Source: an uncultured Planctomycetaceae bacterium (GTDB lineage Bacteria > Planctomycetota > Planctomycetia > Planctomycetales > Planctomycetaceae). Taken from it: a DNA stretch of 50,057 nt. This document shows positions 28,188 to 38,670 of the stretch, one piece after another. Every line of letters begins with the position of its first letter. The stretch's first letter is position 1. A program made the position numbers and the translations under genes. Under the pieces are notes generated by a model. It saw only the letters and a program-made list of their open reading frames with translations, made no database searches and had not been told where the DNA came from. The stretch lies in contig CAXBME010000010.1 in assembly GCA_963976765.1 (NCBI GenBank), forward strand, positions 186,001 through 236,057. Reading direction: 5' to 3'.

Positions 28188-31100
28188 TTAAGAATTCACA
28201 GCCGGCGCGTTTCCATTCTCCAGCTTTGCATTCGCCAGTTGCAGAATGCCAGCATCGACCGATCGCAGGTGCAGATCGCGTTGCGGGAAGGCGATTTCGA
28301 TGTTGTGTTTGCGGAAGGCCTGGTCGATGGCCATGTTGAGGCTGTGAGCGATCGTTCGGTAAAGCTGAGGCGTTGGCACGTGGCAACGAAGTTCGAAATC
28401 AAGCGAACTGGCTCCGAACGCCGCGAAGACGACCAGCGGCTCCGGCTCTTTGAGGACATTCGGATTGGCCGCCGCCACTTCGTACAGCAGTTTGGTGGCG
28501 AGTTGTGTGTCCGATCCGTAAGCAACTCCGACAGCCATGACTACTCGGAGATTCGAGTTGGACAGTGTCCAGTTCACAAGGTTGCCAGTCACGAAGTCGC
28601 GGTTAGGAACGATCAGTTCTTTGTTGTTCCATTCGAGAATCGTGGTGGCTCGAATTCTGATTCGCGTCACGGTGCCGGTAACATCATTGATTGTCACGGT
28701 GTCGCCCACTCGGATCGGACGTTCAAAGAGTAGAATAATGCCCGACACAAAGTTGGCGAAGATTTCCTGAAGTCCAAAGCCCAGCCCGACAGACATCGCG
28801 GCAATCAGCCACCCCACGCTGCTCCAGCCGACGCCGACCATCTGAAATGCGGTTACCAGTCCGACAACAAAGATGACGTAACGCATGATCGTGCTGGCGG
28901 CGTATCGGGCTCCAGCGTCGAGCGGCAGTCGCTGAAGGACGGCAATTTCCAGCAGGCCAGGCAGGTTGCGAGCGGCCACAAACGTAACAACAACGGTGAT
29001 CAGACCCAGAGCAACGTCTGCCAGAGTGATGACGCCCGTGACACCGACACCAGGAGTCGTAAGTTCCCAACTCACTCGCTTCAGGATATTCAGCGCAGGC
29101 AGCACCTCCGCCCAGATCAACCAGACGCCTGTCAGTAGAGCCAGCAGACTGACGAGCCTGATCAGGCGGCTGGTCTGCACATTGAGATCGGAAAGTTGAA
29201 TCTCCGGAACGGGCGCGATCTCGACGATATCGGACTGACCTTTGACGGCCTGTTCCCGCTGACTGGCCTCGCGGCGTTCGCGACTTCGCCGCATGGCCAG
29301 GGCTCTGTAACTCATCAAGAGCCATCGATCGATCAACGCTCGCAACACGAACAATCCCAGAACCAGACACACGGTGAGGATAATTCGAGCTCCAAGTTCC
29401 AGCGCGGTGTAGTAATAGCCGGACAGGGCGGCGATGCCCAGCACGAGCGGAGCCAGGATGGCAGCCAGCCCGCACAATGTCACGAGCCGGTTCTTCAACA
29501 CTTCTTTCGCGTTGGTCAGCAGAGACTTCATCAGCACGCGACCTGGTCGTAGCAAATCAAACAGTATGATCGTCTGAAAGAGTGCCATCACCGCAAATGC
29601 AAATCGACCGGCAGTGCTGTGAAGTTGTGAGTCTCCCGAGAGCCAGCAGAATTCGATCACGACAAGTAGCGGCAAACTCACCACCAAAATGGCTCGCAAC
29701 CGATGCCGAACGAAGATAGCCGTGTTGGTATCCCAGCCAAAATGTGCGACGGCCAGGCCGTTGGATCGAAAGACCTGGCGGAAAAATTCCATTGAAAAAA
29801 ACAGCAGCGAGATCAGCTGCAACGACGTTCCAAAGGCACGCAGGACGGAGTTTGTGTACTGCATGTTGTTCAGCCGCCAGCCGAGAAACCACATCAAGGC
29901 CGGAGCGACCACTGCCAGACCGAAAGTCATCAGCAGGGCTGACAGTGTCGGTCGGAACTCTGTCGCGTTTGACTTGATCGCGACTTTGCCGATTTCCTTC
30001 AGCCGTCGACCAATTCGGGAGCGAACCACGGTAAGCACAAGCAGCGTGCCCAGACACACGATCCACGCAAAGAGATGTTTGCCGGCGTCGGACAGCAGCG
30101 CAAGACCAACCTGCTTCAATGGAAAAGAAGGAACGAGACGTCCTAATGCAGAAGCTGTCGCGACGGCGTCACCGGTTGAGATCGCCGTGGTTGAGCGAAC
30201 CCACAAAACGTGTTCGGCGATGTAGTCGCCTTGACGATTCACTTCGGCAATCAATTGCCGCTCGTTACTGTCGAGCGCGACCAGAGTGCTGAGCAGATTG
30301 GCCATGTTCTGCGTCAGCGACGCCAGTACTTCCCGCTGGATGGTGAGCAGGCTCTTGACCTGCTCACGCACTTCATCGGGTGACGCGGTATCCGTCGAGA
30401 CATCCTTCATCGCCGTATCGATGGCGGCCTCAAGATCGACCAGCGACCGACGCTCCCGCTCAAGATCAAGGTGCTGCAGATTCAGATCGGACATCGTCGG
30501 TTGCCGAGCTGCCAGACGGTCGTAGTACCGATCAAGAGACGGAAGTGTTGTGCGATGGCTACGCAGCAGAACGCCAATCGCATGTGTAAATTGTGCGGCT
30601 TCGGCTCTCTCCGTGAGCCTTTCAAAATCGCCGGACAAAGCTTCCATGCGCTGTTGAGTTTCGTCTTTTTCGCGTGTGGCGGCTTCCAGTTGGGCGACGG
30701 TTTCCTTGTTGAGCTGACTGAGTCTGCTATTCCGATTGGCCAGTTCCTGCATATCCGGGTCGGCGTTGACGGCGGCGATCCTCGCAGCGATCGCCTGTTG
30801 CTCGGCTTCTTTTCGAAGCGCTTTGGAAAGTAACAGTTTGCGGGCTTCGAGTCTTCGAGTCGCTTCGATTTCTGACCGGGCGGCAAGGTCGCGGCGGGCC
30901 GTCAGCAAACGCGCACTGGCTTCATAAAGCGGACCTTCCTGCTCGATTAAAGCCAGCTCTGCGGCAACCGCTTGACGCCTTGACCGCAAAGTCTGCTTCC
31001 GGACACTCGTGACAATTGCCGGTTCGCCTTCGGGCGGCTTCGCCTCTAACTGAGTGTTGATGTCGACCAGCGCCGCTCGCGATTGCGTGACCAGATCGGG

Positions 31101-31619
31101 CAGAGTGGCTCGGCGAGTGGCGCGGCGAGCAATCTCCACTTCCAAAGCCACTCTCTGCTGAGTGGCTTCGGACGCTTCAGTTTCCGCGCGAGTCACCTCG
31201 GCCTGCAGATTTTCTCTCGTCGCATCTGGCGGCAGGCTGGGGTTAAACTCAGCGGGCGATTGTGCCAGCAGTTGCTCAATGCGTGCCCGTTCTTCGACGG
31301 CAGTTTCTGCTTCCTGCTTCAGCTTCTGAAGAGTCTGCTGATATCGCTGTTCATTCTTCAGAGCAGCGGCGGCCGCATCCAATTGTTCCCCCGCAAGCTT
31401 TTTTGCATCAGCATCGAGCGATTCGTCTTCGGTAAGTGTTTTGCGCAAAGCTCCGAGTGAATCAGCACTGACCTGCTCAAGCCCCACCGATGGAGTGGCG
31501 GTGTCTGGTGGCGTTTGTGCAGCAACGACGCTGAATAACGCGCTGAAATGGAAGCTCAACACCGAGCAGGCAACGACCGCCAGTCGGTGAAGCTGTAATG
31601 ACTTTTTGAGTCGTTTCAT
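28188..31619 (-). CDS. MscK/KefA-like mechanosensitive channel (long periplasmic coiled coil, TM domain, MscS core)
   Basis: 'GLGFGLQEIFANFVSGIILLFERPIRVGD', 'IRIRATTI', 'VGVAYGSD', 'IEIAFPQRDLH'. Confidence 0.93.
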   Translation of the reverse strand: MKRLKKSLQLHRLAVVACSVLSFHFSALFSVVAAQTPPDTATPSVGLEQVSADSLGALRKTLTEDESLDADAKKLAGEQLDAAAAALKNEQRYQQTLQKLKQEAETAVEERARIEQLLAQSPAEFNPSLPPDATRENLQAEVTRAETEASEATQQRVALEVEIARRATRRATLPDLVTQSRAALVDINTQLEAKPPEGEPAIVTSVRKQTLRSRRQAVAAELALIEQEGPLYEASARLLTARRDLAARSEIEATRRLEARKLLLSKALRKEAEQQAIAARIAAVNADPDMQELANRNSRLSQLNKETVAQLEAATREKDETQQRMEALSGDFERLTERAEAAQFTHAIGVLLRSHRTTLPSLDRYYDRLAARQPTMSDLNLQHLDLERERRSLVDLEAAIDTAMKDVSTDTASPDEVREQVKSLLTIQREVLASLTQNMANLLSTLVALDSNERQLIAEVNRQGDYIAEHVLWVRSTTAISTGDAVATASALGRLVPSFPLKQVGLALLSDAGKHLFAWIVCLGTLLVLTVVRSRIGRRLKEIGKVAIKSNATEFRPTLSALLMTFGLAVVAPALMWFLGWRLNNMQYTNSVLRAFGTSLQLISLLFFSMEFFRQVFRSNGLAVAHFGWDTNTAIFVRHRLRAILVVSLPLLVVIEFCWLSGDSQLHSTAGRFAFAVMALFQTIILFDLLRPGRVLMKSLLTNAKEVLKNRLVTLCGLAAILAPLVLGIAALSGYYYTALELGARIILTVCLVLGLFVLRALIDRWLLMSYRALAMRRSRERREASQREQAVKGQSDIVEIAPVPEIQLSDLNVQTSRLIRLVSLLALLTGVWLIWAEVLPALNILKRVSWELTTPGVGVTGVITLADVALGLITVVVTFVAARNLPGLLEIAVLQRLPLDAGARYAASTIMRYVIFVVGLVTAFQMVGVGWSSVGWLIAAMSVGLGFGLQEIFANFVSGIILLFERPIRVGDTVTINDVTGTVTRIRIRATTILEWNNKELIVPNRDFVTGNLVNWTLSNSNLRVVMAVGVAYGSDTQLATKLLYEVAAANPNVLKEPEPLVVFAAFGASSLDFELRCHVPTPQLYRTIAHSLNMAIDQAFRKHNIEIAFPQRDLHLRSVDAGILQLANAKLENGNAPAVNS

Positions 31620-32132
31620 TTGAACTTTCTGCTTCCGCGATTTCTGCACCTTTTGTGATGAGTATCTCGCCGTGGAAGATTCGAAAACGGAAAATCTGAG
31701 AATCGCAAGCCGCTCTTACGTCCGCTCCGTTTCGTACTCTCCACAGTCTGCCATCCCAAAGATGAATCATCATAGAGCCGACCATGGAATCGGGCAGCGG
31801 CAAATAACCAGCACTCATGCCGTACGCCGCGAAAGGCCTGCATCAGTCAGGATGTAATACCGTGACCAGCCATCGCATGCGACAACTTCGCCAGGGAATC
31901 CGGCAGTTCAGTTGGCACCAGACCTGCGTCGATTCGAAGGCGTGCAGGGCCAGGTAAAACTGTTTTTCGGAGTGCAACAATGTCAGTACCGAGTCGACCC
32001 GCTCGGCGACCGCCTTCTTCTGGTCGATGTCGAGCAGCCCTACCGTGGTTTACTCGTCAATCGTAGCCAGCTGGACTGTTGGTAAGCGGATGATTCCACT
32101 TGCCACGATCGACCCTCTATTCCTGAGACGAT

Positions 32133-32375
32133 TCACCTTCTGAACCACAACGTTGAAAAGAGCCCAAAGACGAATCCGACAAGCATGGCTCCGAACAGAA
32201 GAGCCGCCTGCGGCATGGTTACCGTGACGAAGAGAAGTCGTGTATCCACCGACTCTGAATTCTGCAGAACAATCACCGTGACACAGACCAGGACCGTCAA
32301 CGCCAGAAGCATCCGGACTCGTCGGAGGATTCGTTGGCTGATCGTGCCCGCTGTACCGTCTGAAGCGTCATTCAC
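32133..32375 (-). CDS. LapA/DUF1049-like small membrane protein
   Basis: TM-'LQNSESVDTRLLF'-TM pattern; GGAGG 5 nt before GTG 32375. Confidence 0.7.
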   Translation of the reverse strand: MNDASDGTAGTISQRILRRVRMLLALTVLVCVTVIVLQNSESVDTRLLFVTVTMPQAALLFGAMLVGFVFGLFSTLWFRR

Positions 32376-32518
32376 ATCGGCCTCCATCACAAACTGAAAC
32401 TTGAAAGAATTGTGCGACTCCCCGGATACCGTTCTTCCTGAAGGCTGGAACTGTGGAACCAATCGGAAAACGAATCACCGTCCCTGACGCGTCGACCTGT
32501 ATTGACCTCAATCTGCCT

Positions 32519-32737
32519 TTACCGATTGCTGGTGCCAATTGGCGTAAGGGCAATCGGGATGAGTTCTGCCGAACGCTCGTCCGACGGTGATTTCCCAGGC
32601 TGAACGAAATGGGCATAGACACAGGTGCCGTCTGCGTGGGTCGGATGAGTTATGTGTTCTTTTTCAAGATGTGAAGCCGTTCGGCATCCCACACACAAAG
32701 GAAGTAGCAGGAATAGCGGCAGAAGCAGACCTCGCAT
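32519..32737 (-). CDS. Small putative lipoprotein
   Basis: Signal 'MRGLLLPLFLLLPLCVG|C'; co-oriented, 30 nt after the upstream gene. Confidence 0.5.
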   Translation of the reverse strand: MRGLLLPLFLLLPLCVGCRTASHLEKEHITHPTHADGTCVYAHFVQPGKSPSDERSAELIPIALTPIGTSNR

Positions 32738-32767
32738 CTGATATTAATCCTGTTCACTAATGGCCAG

Positions 32768-33178
32768 TTATCGTGACTGACAGGCCGCCATGATAGCTTC
32801 AAGCTGAACGAGTACTGAGTTGACCTGCAGGTCATACCGGGAAACAACCCGCTCAAGCAGACGTTTGCGAGAGTTCTCTGGCATCTCGTTCAGAGATTGT
32901 CGATCGATCCCTTCAGTCGCTTCGTAGAGACTCAGCACAGAATCGGCGTCGTTGACATCGTCCGCCCGCTCCGCATGAATGAGAGCTGATTCTGTCGAAC
33001 ACTGGGTTCGGTACGCCACCGCGATGACCATGTCTTCACCGGCTTCACGATACACCGAGATATCATGCCAGCGACCACCGGACGAACCATCGGCGTCGTT
33101 GCCTGGTTCCTGCAAAAGGAGTTCGCCTTCGAACTCCAATGCCTCCTGATTCGTACGATTGAGTGAGATGCGATTCAT
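32768..33178 (-). CDS. Hypothetical acidic protein
   Basis: AAAGG RBS; 136 aa with 'FEGELL...GRWHDISVYR'; first gene behind the predicted sigma54 promoter. Confidence 0.7.
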   Translation of the reverse strand: MNRISLNRTNQEALEFEGELLLQEPGNDADGSSGGRWHDISVYREAGEDMVIAVAYRTQCSTESALIHAERADDVNDADSVLSLYEATEGIDRQSLNEMPENSRKRLLERVVSRYDLQVNSVLVQLEAIMAACQSR

Positions 33179-33613
33179 GATTAAACCTTTGTGAAAATGC
33201 AGACGGAAAACTCCGGCCTCCTACGCCAGACAAATGGAAATTCCCCATTCAATCAGGAAGGCAACGATAAGTTGTGTCCCTGCGTGGATTGTTTTCAATT
33301 TTTTTGACTGCCCGCACATCAACCAACCTTCTGGAAAAACTGTTTCGTGTCAGATGCTTCACCTGGCCGCTGCATTTGCTGATCTCAAATCTCTGGCATG
33401 ACTGGCACATTCCTGCGTTCTGTCCTAGCCACAGACGTTCCGAAAAAATGCAACCAGTCCGACCAGAGGGTATTCCGGTTTGAGCTTTCTGTTTCAGAAA
33501 GGCAAACCGACGATTGGTTGCTCAACGCGGAGACGAGAAGCAATTTCAGTGGTCGGTTGCCCCGGAATTCAATTGTTGGCCGCAAGTTTGAGCGGTCAAC
33601 ATAGCACTGATTA

Positions 33614-33629
33614 AGCACAAGTTGTGCCA
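33614..33629 (-). promoter_or_regulatory. Sigma54 -24/-12 promoter
   Basis: Minus strand TGGCACAACTTGTGCT: GG-N10-GC spacing, perfect TGGCAC; divergent from a sigma54 activator gene. Confidence 0.65.
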
Positions 33630-33725
33630 GACCTTTCAGGGAATACGTAAAGCTATGCTATTTCATCACTTACCGATTTATGAAGATTTCAGACAATTAC
33701 TCGTAAGGACAAACCAGCACTTCCA

Positions 33726-33771
33726 TGCCGACATTATCGGCACCATAATGCCGATTTGTATTTCTCGGCAT
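33726..33771. promoter_or_regulatory. Candidate enhancer (UAS) for the sigma54 activator
   Basis: Four alternating half-sites TGCCGA-N5-TCGGCA-N6-TGCCGA-N10-TCGGCA, ~100-140 bp upstream of the -24 element. Confidence 0.5.
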
Positions 33772-33791
33772 TTAAACTCCGAAAGTCGTAA

Positions 33792-35228
33792 ATGATTTGC
33801 AGAATTCTGCTTATGACTCAGAGTGAAAGTCTGGCTTCGCGGCTGGTGACAGTCCTCGACCCTCTGGAAGACGTCTCTGTCAGGGCGGCGCCAACCCGTG
33901 GCAATTTCTGGGATCGGGTTAAGGAAGACCCCGCCGACCTGATTTTGATTCAACGAAGCGTCTTGCCAGTTCCAGCCAGCGAGGCCATTGAGTCAATCCG
34001 GTCGCTGACGGATGAGCCGGACGTGATCGTGATCTGGGACGAGGAAGATCCTGAAGAACGTGCCCGGCTACTGATCGCTGGCTGCTCAGCCGTACTCTAT
34101 TCAGGCCTTTCCGACGACATCCTGCGCGAGACTGTCGGGACGCTGGTCGAGCGGCACCGGGAAGTTTCGGTCGACCGACTGCATCGCGAGCTGACCGAAC
34201 CCGAGCACCGCCTGGCTGATTTCGACTCGGCAAGCCCGGCGATGCGAAATTTCATGCGAATGGTGAAGCGCGTCGTTGAGCCGGACAGTTCGCTGCTCAT
34301 TCTCGGAGAAACCGGAGTCGGCAAAGAGCGACTCGCCCGCGCGATTCATGCCGAGTCGCCTCGTGGCAGCGAGCCATTCATCCCGGTCAATTGTGCGGCC
34401 TTCCCGGAAACGCTGCTGGAGGGTGAATTGTTTGGCTACGAAGAAGGTGCCTTTACCGGGGCAGTCGGCGATCGACGAGGATATTTCGAGCTGGCTCATG
34501 GTGGCACGATCTTCCTTGATGAGATCGGCGAGATGCCCCGGCATCTCCAGGTCACGCTGTTGCGAGTGCTTCAGGAGCGAACGATTCAACCACTGGGCAG
34601 TGAAAAAGAGATCGAGATCGACGTCCGTGTCATGGCGGCCACAAACCGGGACCTGGAAGACGAGATCAAAACGCGACGATTCAGGCGAGACCTGTATTAT
34701 CGACTAAGCGTCGTCACACTCGAAATTCCATCGTTGCGGGATCGCCGGGAAGACATCCCACCTTTGCTGCATCGATATCTCGCCGAATTCTCAGTCCGCA
34801 TGGGCCGAGCAGTAACTGAATTTTCTCCGGAAGCTGTCGAAGCGCTAGTCAGTTACTCATGGCCAGGCAACGTTCGAGAGCTGATCAACGTCGTCGAACG
34901 AGCGTTGATTCTTGTCGACGGCGACACAATTACGCTTAACGAATTACCGCCCGGGATGGGTCGCTCATTCGCAGCGGCGGACTTGTCGGTGTCACTCGTG
35001 CCGCAGGTGGCAAGCCTGTCGGACGACTGGCATGAAAAAACCTGGGATCAGGTAAAGGGCGAGGTACTCAGCCTGATCGAGGGCGAGTATCTCGTTCGCC
35101 ATCTCACGGCCTGTCGCGGAAAGCTCGCAGATACGTCCGAAACTACCGGCATCAAGCCACGAAGTCTGTATCAGTCCATGAAGCGGCACGGACTAAAGAA
35201 AGAGGACTTCCGAAAGCCTCGCGGATAA
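33792..35228 (+). CDS. Sigma54-dependent transcriptional activator (NtrC-like; receiver-like + AAA+ + HTH)
   Basis: 'GETGVGKE', 'GAFTGA', 'TIFLDEIGE', 'RVMAATNRDL', 'WPGNVREL'; Fis-like C-terminus. Confidence 0.95.
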   Translation: MICRILLMTQSESLASRLVTVLDPLEDVSVRAAPTRGNFWDRVKEDPADLILIQRSVLPVPASEAIESIRSLTDEPDVIVIWDEEDPEERARLLIAGCSAVLYSGLSDDILRETVGTLVERHREVSVDRLHRELTEPEHRLADFDSASPAMRNFMRMVKRVVEPDSSLLILGETGVGKERLARAIHAESPRGSEPFIPVNCAAFPETLLEGELFGYEEGAFTGAVGDRRGYFELAHGGTIFLDEIGEMPRHLQVTLLRVLQERTIQPLGSEKEIEIDVRVMAATNRDLEDEIKTRRFRRDLYYRLSVVTLEIPSLRDRREDIPPLLHRYLAEFSVRMGRAVTEFSPEAVEALVSYSWPGNVRELINVVERALILVDGDTITLNELPPGMGRSFAAADLSVSLVPQVASLSDDWHEKTWDQVKGEVLSLIEGEYLVRHLTACRGKLADTSETTGIKPRSLYQSMKRHGLKKEDFRKPRG

Positions 35229-35344
35229 TCAAAATCAATTCAGGAATCGAACGCCGCCATGAGTCATCTTCGGCCACGCTGAGCACCTTGTGAACAGCTC
35301 CTGAGCAGCAAAATCCGACCAGACCGACAGTAACCAGAGAGTTC

Positions 35345-36595
35345 TTAGACCTCAGCAACGTCCGTCTTTGCGTTCCCGCTGGCTCTGGTCATATCGAGAA
35401 GTGGGAGCAAGGCGAGCGACAGGAGTGAGACCGCGCACAGCGAAAGCAGCGCCAACGGGTAGTCGTACTCGGAAATGATCCGACCCGAAGCCCAGGTCGA
35501 CCACGACTCGCAGCCATTCGTCAAACCCATGAACGCGCTGAACTGAGTCGCCGCTACGGCTGGGTGAGTGATGTCCATGAACATCGCATACGACGCTGCC
35601 GTGAACAGGCCGATTCCGAACGCAGCACCACCCAGACAAACCAGTAATGCCCGGCTACGGTGTTGTTCAAACGTCAAATCGCAGACCGCCAGCATCACGA
35701 CAGAAACGCAGATCAGGACCAGAGAACAAGCAACAAATCTTCGTCGTCCAAACCGGTCGGACAGAAAGCCGCCAGCGAGCGAACCGGCCACCATCAGAAC
35801 GATCATCGGCAAGGCCGCGAACGCGCCTACTTCCGATTCCGTGAAGCCTCGATCAATCAGAAACGGCCCGTAAACGACTTCCAGGGCTTTGAATGCGGCT
35901 CCACCGGTCAGAGCAAACGCGAGACCGATCCACGTATTCCGCTCGCCAAACGCCTGGCAAACCGACCTGCCCACAGTGCGCAATCGGCTCTCAGCAGGCC
36001 CTGGTTCGCCGGAAGTCGATCGACTCTTCGGATCTTTGGCCATGAACAGAACCAGCAACATCGAAAAAGTGGTCACACCAATCAGCAGCGCAACGACTCC
36101 CTGATTGCCCACATACGGCGCGATCACCAGCGCTCCGCCGCCCAGCATCGCTCGCCCGAGTAACATGCCTGTCTGCATCCAGCCGTTGATTTCTCCGCGT
36201 TCAGCGGGCGATGTCACCGAGATGCAAAGTGCGTCGATTGCTACATCCTGAGTCGCTGCGGAAAACGCGTGAACCAGCAGAAACATCGACAACAGTTGAA
36301 AGTCGGACACGGGGTCAAGCACGAGCAGCGACAACAGCGTCAGCCCCATGACTGACTGCGCGGTGACAATCCAGCTCCGCAGCGACCAGCGGGAATTCTG
36401 CAGGAGATCGATCAGCGGTGCCCACGCAAACTTGAACGTCCAGGGAAGAACCAGCACAGCGGTCAGCCAGGTAATCTGCTCGATCGGCACTCCCGATGCT
36501 CTTAACCGGGTCGGCATCGCCAGCCACAGAAATCCGATCGGCGCTCCTTCGCTCAGATACAGACAGGTAAAAAGCAGCTTGCGCTTGGTATTCAC
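35345..36595 (-). CDS. MFS transporter, AmpG/PAT-like
   Basis: '[11 protein letters not shown]', '[14 protein letters not shown]', '[11 protein letters not shown]', '[12 protein letters not shown]', 'ATQFS'. Confidence 0.85.
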   Translation of the reverse strand: MNTKRKLLFTCLYLSEGAPIGFLWLAMPTRLRASGVPIEQITWLTAVLVLPWTFKFAWAPLIDLLQNSRWSLRSWIVTAQSVMGLTLLSLLVLDPVSDFQLLSMFLLVHAFSAATQDVAIDALCISVTSPAERGEINGWMQTGMLLGRAMLGGGALVIAPYVGNQGVVALLIGVTTFSMLLVLFMAKDPKSRSTSGEPGPAESRLRTVGRSVCQAFGERNTWIGLAFALTGGAAFKALEVVYGPFLIDRGFTESEVGAFAALPMIVLMVAGSLAGGFLSDRFGRRRFVACSLVLICVSVVMLAVCDLTFEQHRSRALLVCLGGAAFGIGLFTAASYAMFMDITHPAVAATQFSAFMGLTNGCESWSTWASGRIISEYDYPLALLSLCAVSLLSLALLPLLDMTRASGNAKTDVAEV

Positions 36596-36739
36596 ACGAA
36601 AAGTTTCCCGATTGTGACAATTCCCGATGTAGATCCACTGTCAGACGCACGTCGGACCGTTTATACCACTGTGACGTTGATGCATCGGCCTCTTCCCGGC
36701 AACCTTCTTCATAAAGATAAGGCGATCGAGACTTCCACT

Positions 36740-38299
36740 ATGGGACAGCTAGACCTTCAGGAATTTCAGTGGAGCGTTAAGGTCAGACAGTTAAGAATTG
36801 AAGACTTCGACGAACTGCTGGCGATGCAGCAGCGATGCTTCCCCGGTCTGACATCCTGGACTCGCGAACAGATCGAAAGCCAGCTTGCCATTTTCCCTGA
36901 AGGGCAAATCGTTATCGAAATCGATGGCGAACTGGCCGCGTCGTCGAGCAGCCTTTTGCTTCAGTATGAGTCGGGGATCGCCTGGCATGACTGGACAAAA
37001 ATCGCCGACGGCGGATACATCCGAAACCATAACAAGAATGGTGACACGCTCTACGGAATCGAGATCATGGTCGATTCCAAATACCGCGGTATGAAACTGG
37101 CCCGCCGACTCTACGACGCCCGCAAGGAACTTTGCCGCGAACGGAATATCGACCGCATCATCATTGGTGGTCGGATCCCCGGCTACGGCCAGCATGCGGA
37201 CAAGATGTCCGCCAGCGAGTACGTCGAGCAGGTCATGATGAAGGCTCTGCACGATCCGGTCCTGACCGCTCAACTTTCAAACGGCTTCGCACTGCAGGGA
37301 CTGATCCCCAACTATTTTCCAAGCGACGAAGCGTCACGAGGCTACGCCACATTCCTCGAATGGCGAAACCTCGATTACCACCCGAAGGCGAAACGTCGGC
37401 ATCAGCGACCCGTTGAACTCACCCGCCTGGCCGTAGTGCAGTACCAGATGAGGCGAGTTTCCAGCTTCGACGAGTTCGCTCAGAACTGCGAAGCGTTTGT
37501 CGATGTCGCCTCTGACTATTCGTGCGACTTTGTGATGTTTCCCGAGTTATTCACGACTCAGTTGCTGTCGTGCGTTAAACCGACTCGGCCAGGTCTTGCT
37601 GCACGGCAACTTTCCGAATTCACACCGCAGTATCTTGAGTTCTTCGCTGAGTGCGCCATCAAATACAACGTGAACCTTGTGGCGGGTTCGCACTTCGTCG
37701 TCGAGGACGAGACGCTGTACAACATCGCCTATTGTTTTGGGCGGGATGGCACGATTCACAAGCAGTACAAGCTGCACATCACACCCAGCGAACGAAAATG
37801 GTGGGGTGTCAGTCCTGGCGACAAGGTCAACGTCTTTGACACCGATGCTGGTCGAGTGGCTATGCTGATCTGCTATGACATTGAATTTCCCGAGCTGGTC
37901 CGTATCGCCACGGCCAAAGGCGCGCAGATTATCTTCGTGCCGTTCAACACCGATACGGTGGGAGCCTATCTTCGCATCCGCCATTGCGCTCAGGCACGGT
38001 GTATTGAAAACCAGATTTATGTGGCTATTTCCGGATGTACTGGCAATCTGCCATCGGTTGAAAACGCCGACATCCACTATGCCCAGTCTGCTATCCTGAC
38101 TCCGTCCGACGTTGGATTCGCGAAAGGAGGCGTCGGAGCCGAGTGCAACCCGAATATCGAAACAGTCGTCATGGACGATGTTGACCTCGAACTTCTAAGG
38201 CGACATCGCCAGTCCGGCAGTGTCCAGAACTGGAACGACCGCCGAACGGACCTCTACCAGGTGAACTGGAACGAGGATGGAGAGTCGCACAAAGTTTGA
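36740..38299 (+). CDS. Bifunctional GNAT acetyltransferase / carbon-nitrogen hydrolase (nitrilase family)
   Basis: GNAT '[18 protein letters not shown]'; nitrilase triad 'FPEL', 'QYKLH', '[10 protein letters not shown]'; start ATG 36740. Confidence 0.92.
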   Translation: MGQLDLQEFQWSVKVRQLRIEDFDELLAMQQRCFPGLTSWTREQIESQLAIFPEGQIVIEIDGELAASSSSLLLQYESGIAWHDWTKIADGGYIRNHNKNGDTLYGIEIMVDSKYRGMKLARRLYDARKELCRERNIDRIIIGGRIPGYGQHADKMSASEYVEQVMMKALHDPVLTAQLSNGFALQGLIPNYFPSDEASRGYATFLEWRNLDYHPKAKRRHQRPVELTRLAVVQYQMRRVSSFDEFAQNCEAFVDVASDYSCDFVMFPELFTTQLLSCVKPTRPGLAARQLSEFTPQYLEFFAECAIKYNVNLVAGSHFVVEDETLYNIAYCFGRDGTIHKQYKLHITPSERKWWGVSPGDKVNVFDTDAGRVAMLICYDIEFPELVRIATAKGAQIIFVPFNTDTVGAYLRIRHCAQARCIENQIYVAISGCTGNLPSVENADIHYAQSAILTPSDVGFAKGGVGAECNPNIETVVMDDVDLELLRRHRQSGSVQNWNDRRTDLYQVNWNEDGESHKV

Positions 38300-38517
38300 T
38301 TTGACCGCAGCGTGAATTGACTGGGGCGTGATATGACCGAGGCGACAACGCATCGAAGTCGGCGGCTGATTCAAATCTTCGGAATACGCCGCCGTGTGCC
38401 GTCTGCTCGATTCATTCAGTTTGTCAGCCACGAGCGGACACTGCTCTCACTTCACGATCGAAAAAGAGCGATCAGCCGTGCGGACCGGTTGGTTAGCCTG
38501 CGCACTTGCCCCGCAAA

Positions 38518-38533
38518 TGGTACGGCGTTTGCA
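38518..38533 (+). promoter_or_regulatory. Sigma54 -24/-12 promoter
   Basis: TGGTACGGCGTTTGCA: GG-N10-GC, one mismatch to TGGCACG-N4-TTGC; ~140 nt upstream of the ATP-grasp operon. Confidence 0.7.
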
Positions 38534-38670
38534 TTTTCGCTTAAGGCAGCAGCACTACTCAGTTGACGGCAGGTGACCATGGACCTCTGCAACGGTGGGT
38601 GTGCGCGCGACGGAACCGGCACGACGATTAACCATTCTCGAAAACACACATCCGAACATAAAGGTTCGAA

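Noticed and set aside
31846..32106. Minus-strand frame VASGIIRLPTVQLATIDE*TTVGLLDIDQKKAVAERV... possibly a decayed gene
   Set aside because: Internal stop and no recognisable family; cannot be supported without a homology search.
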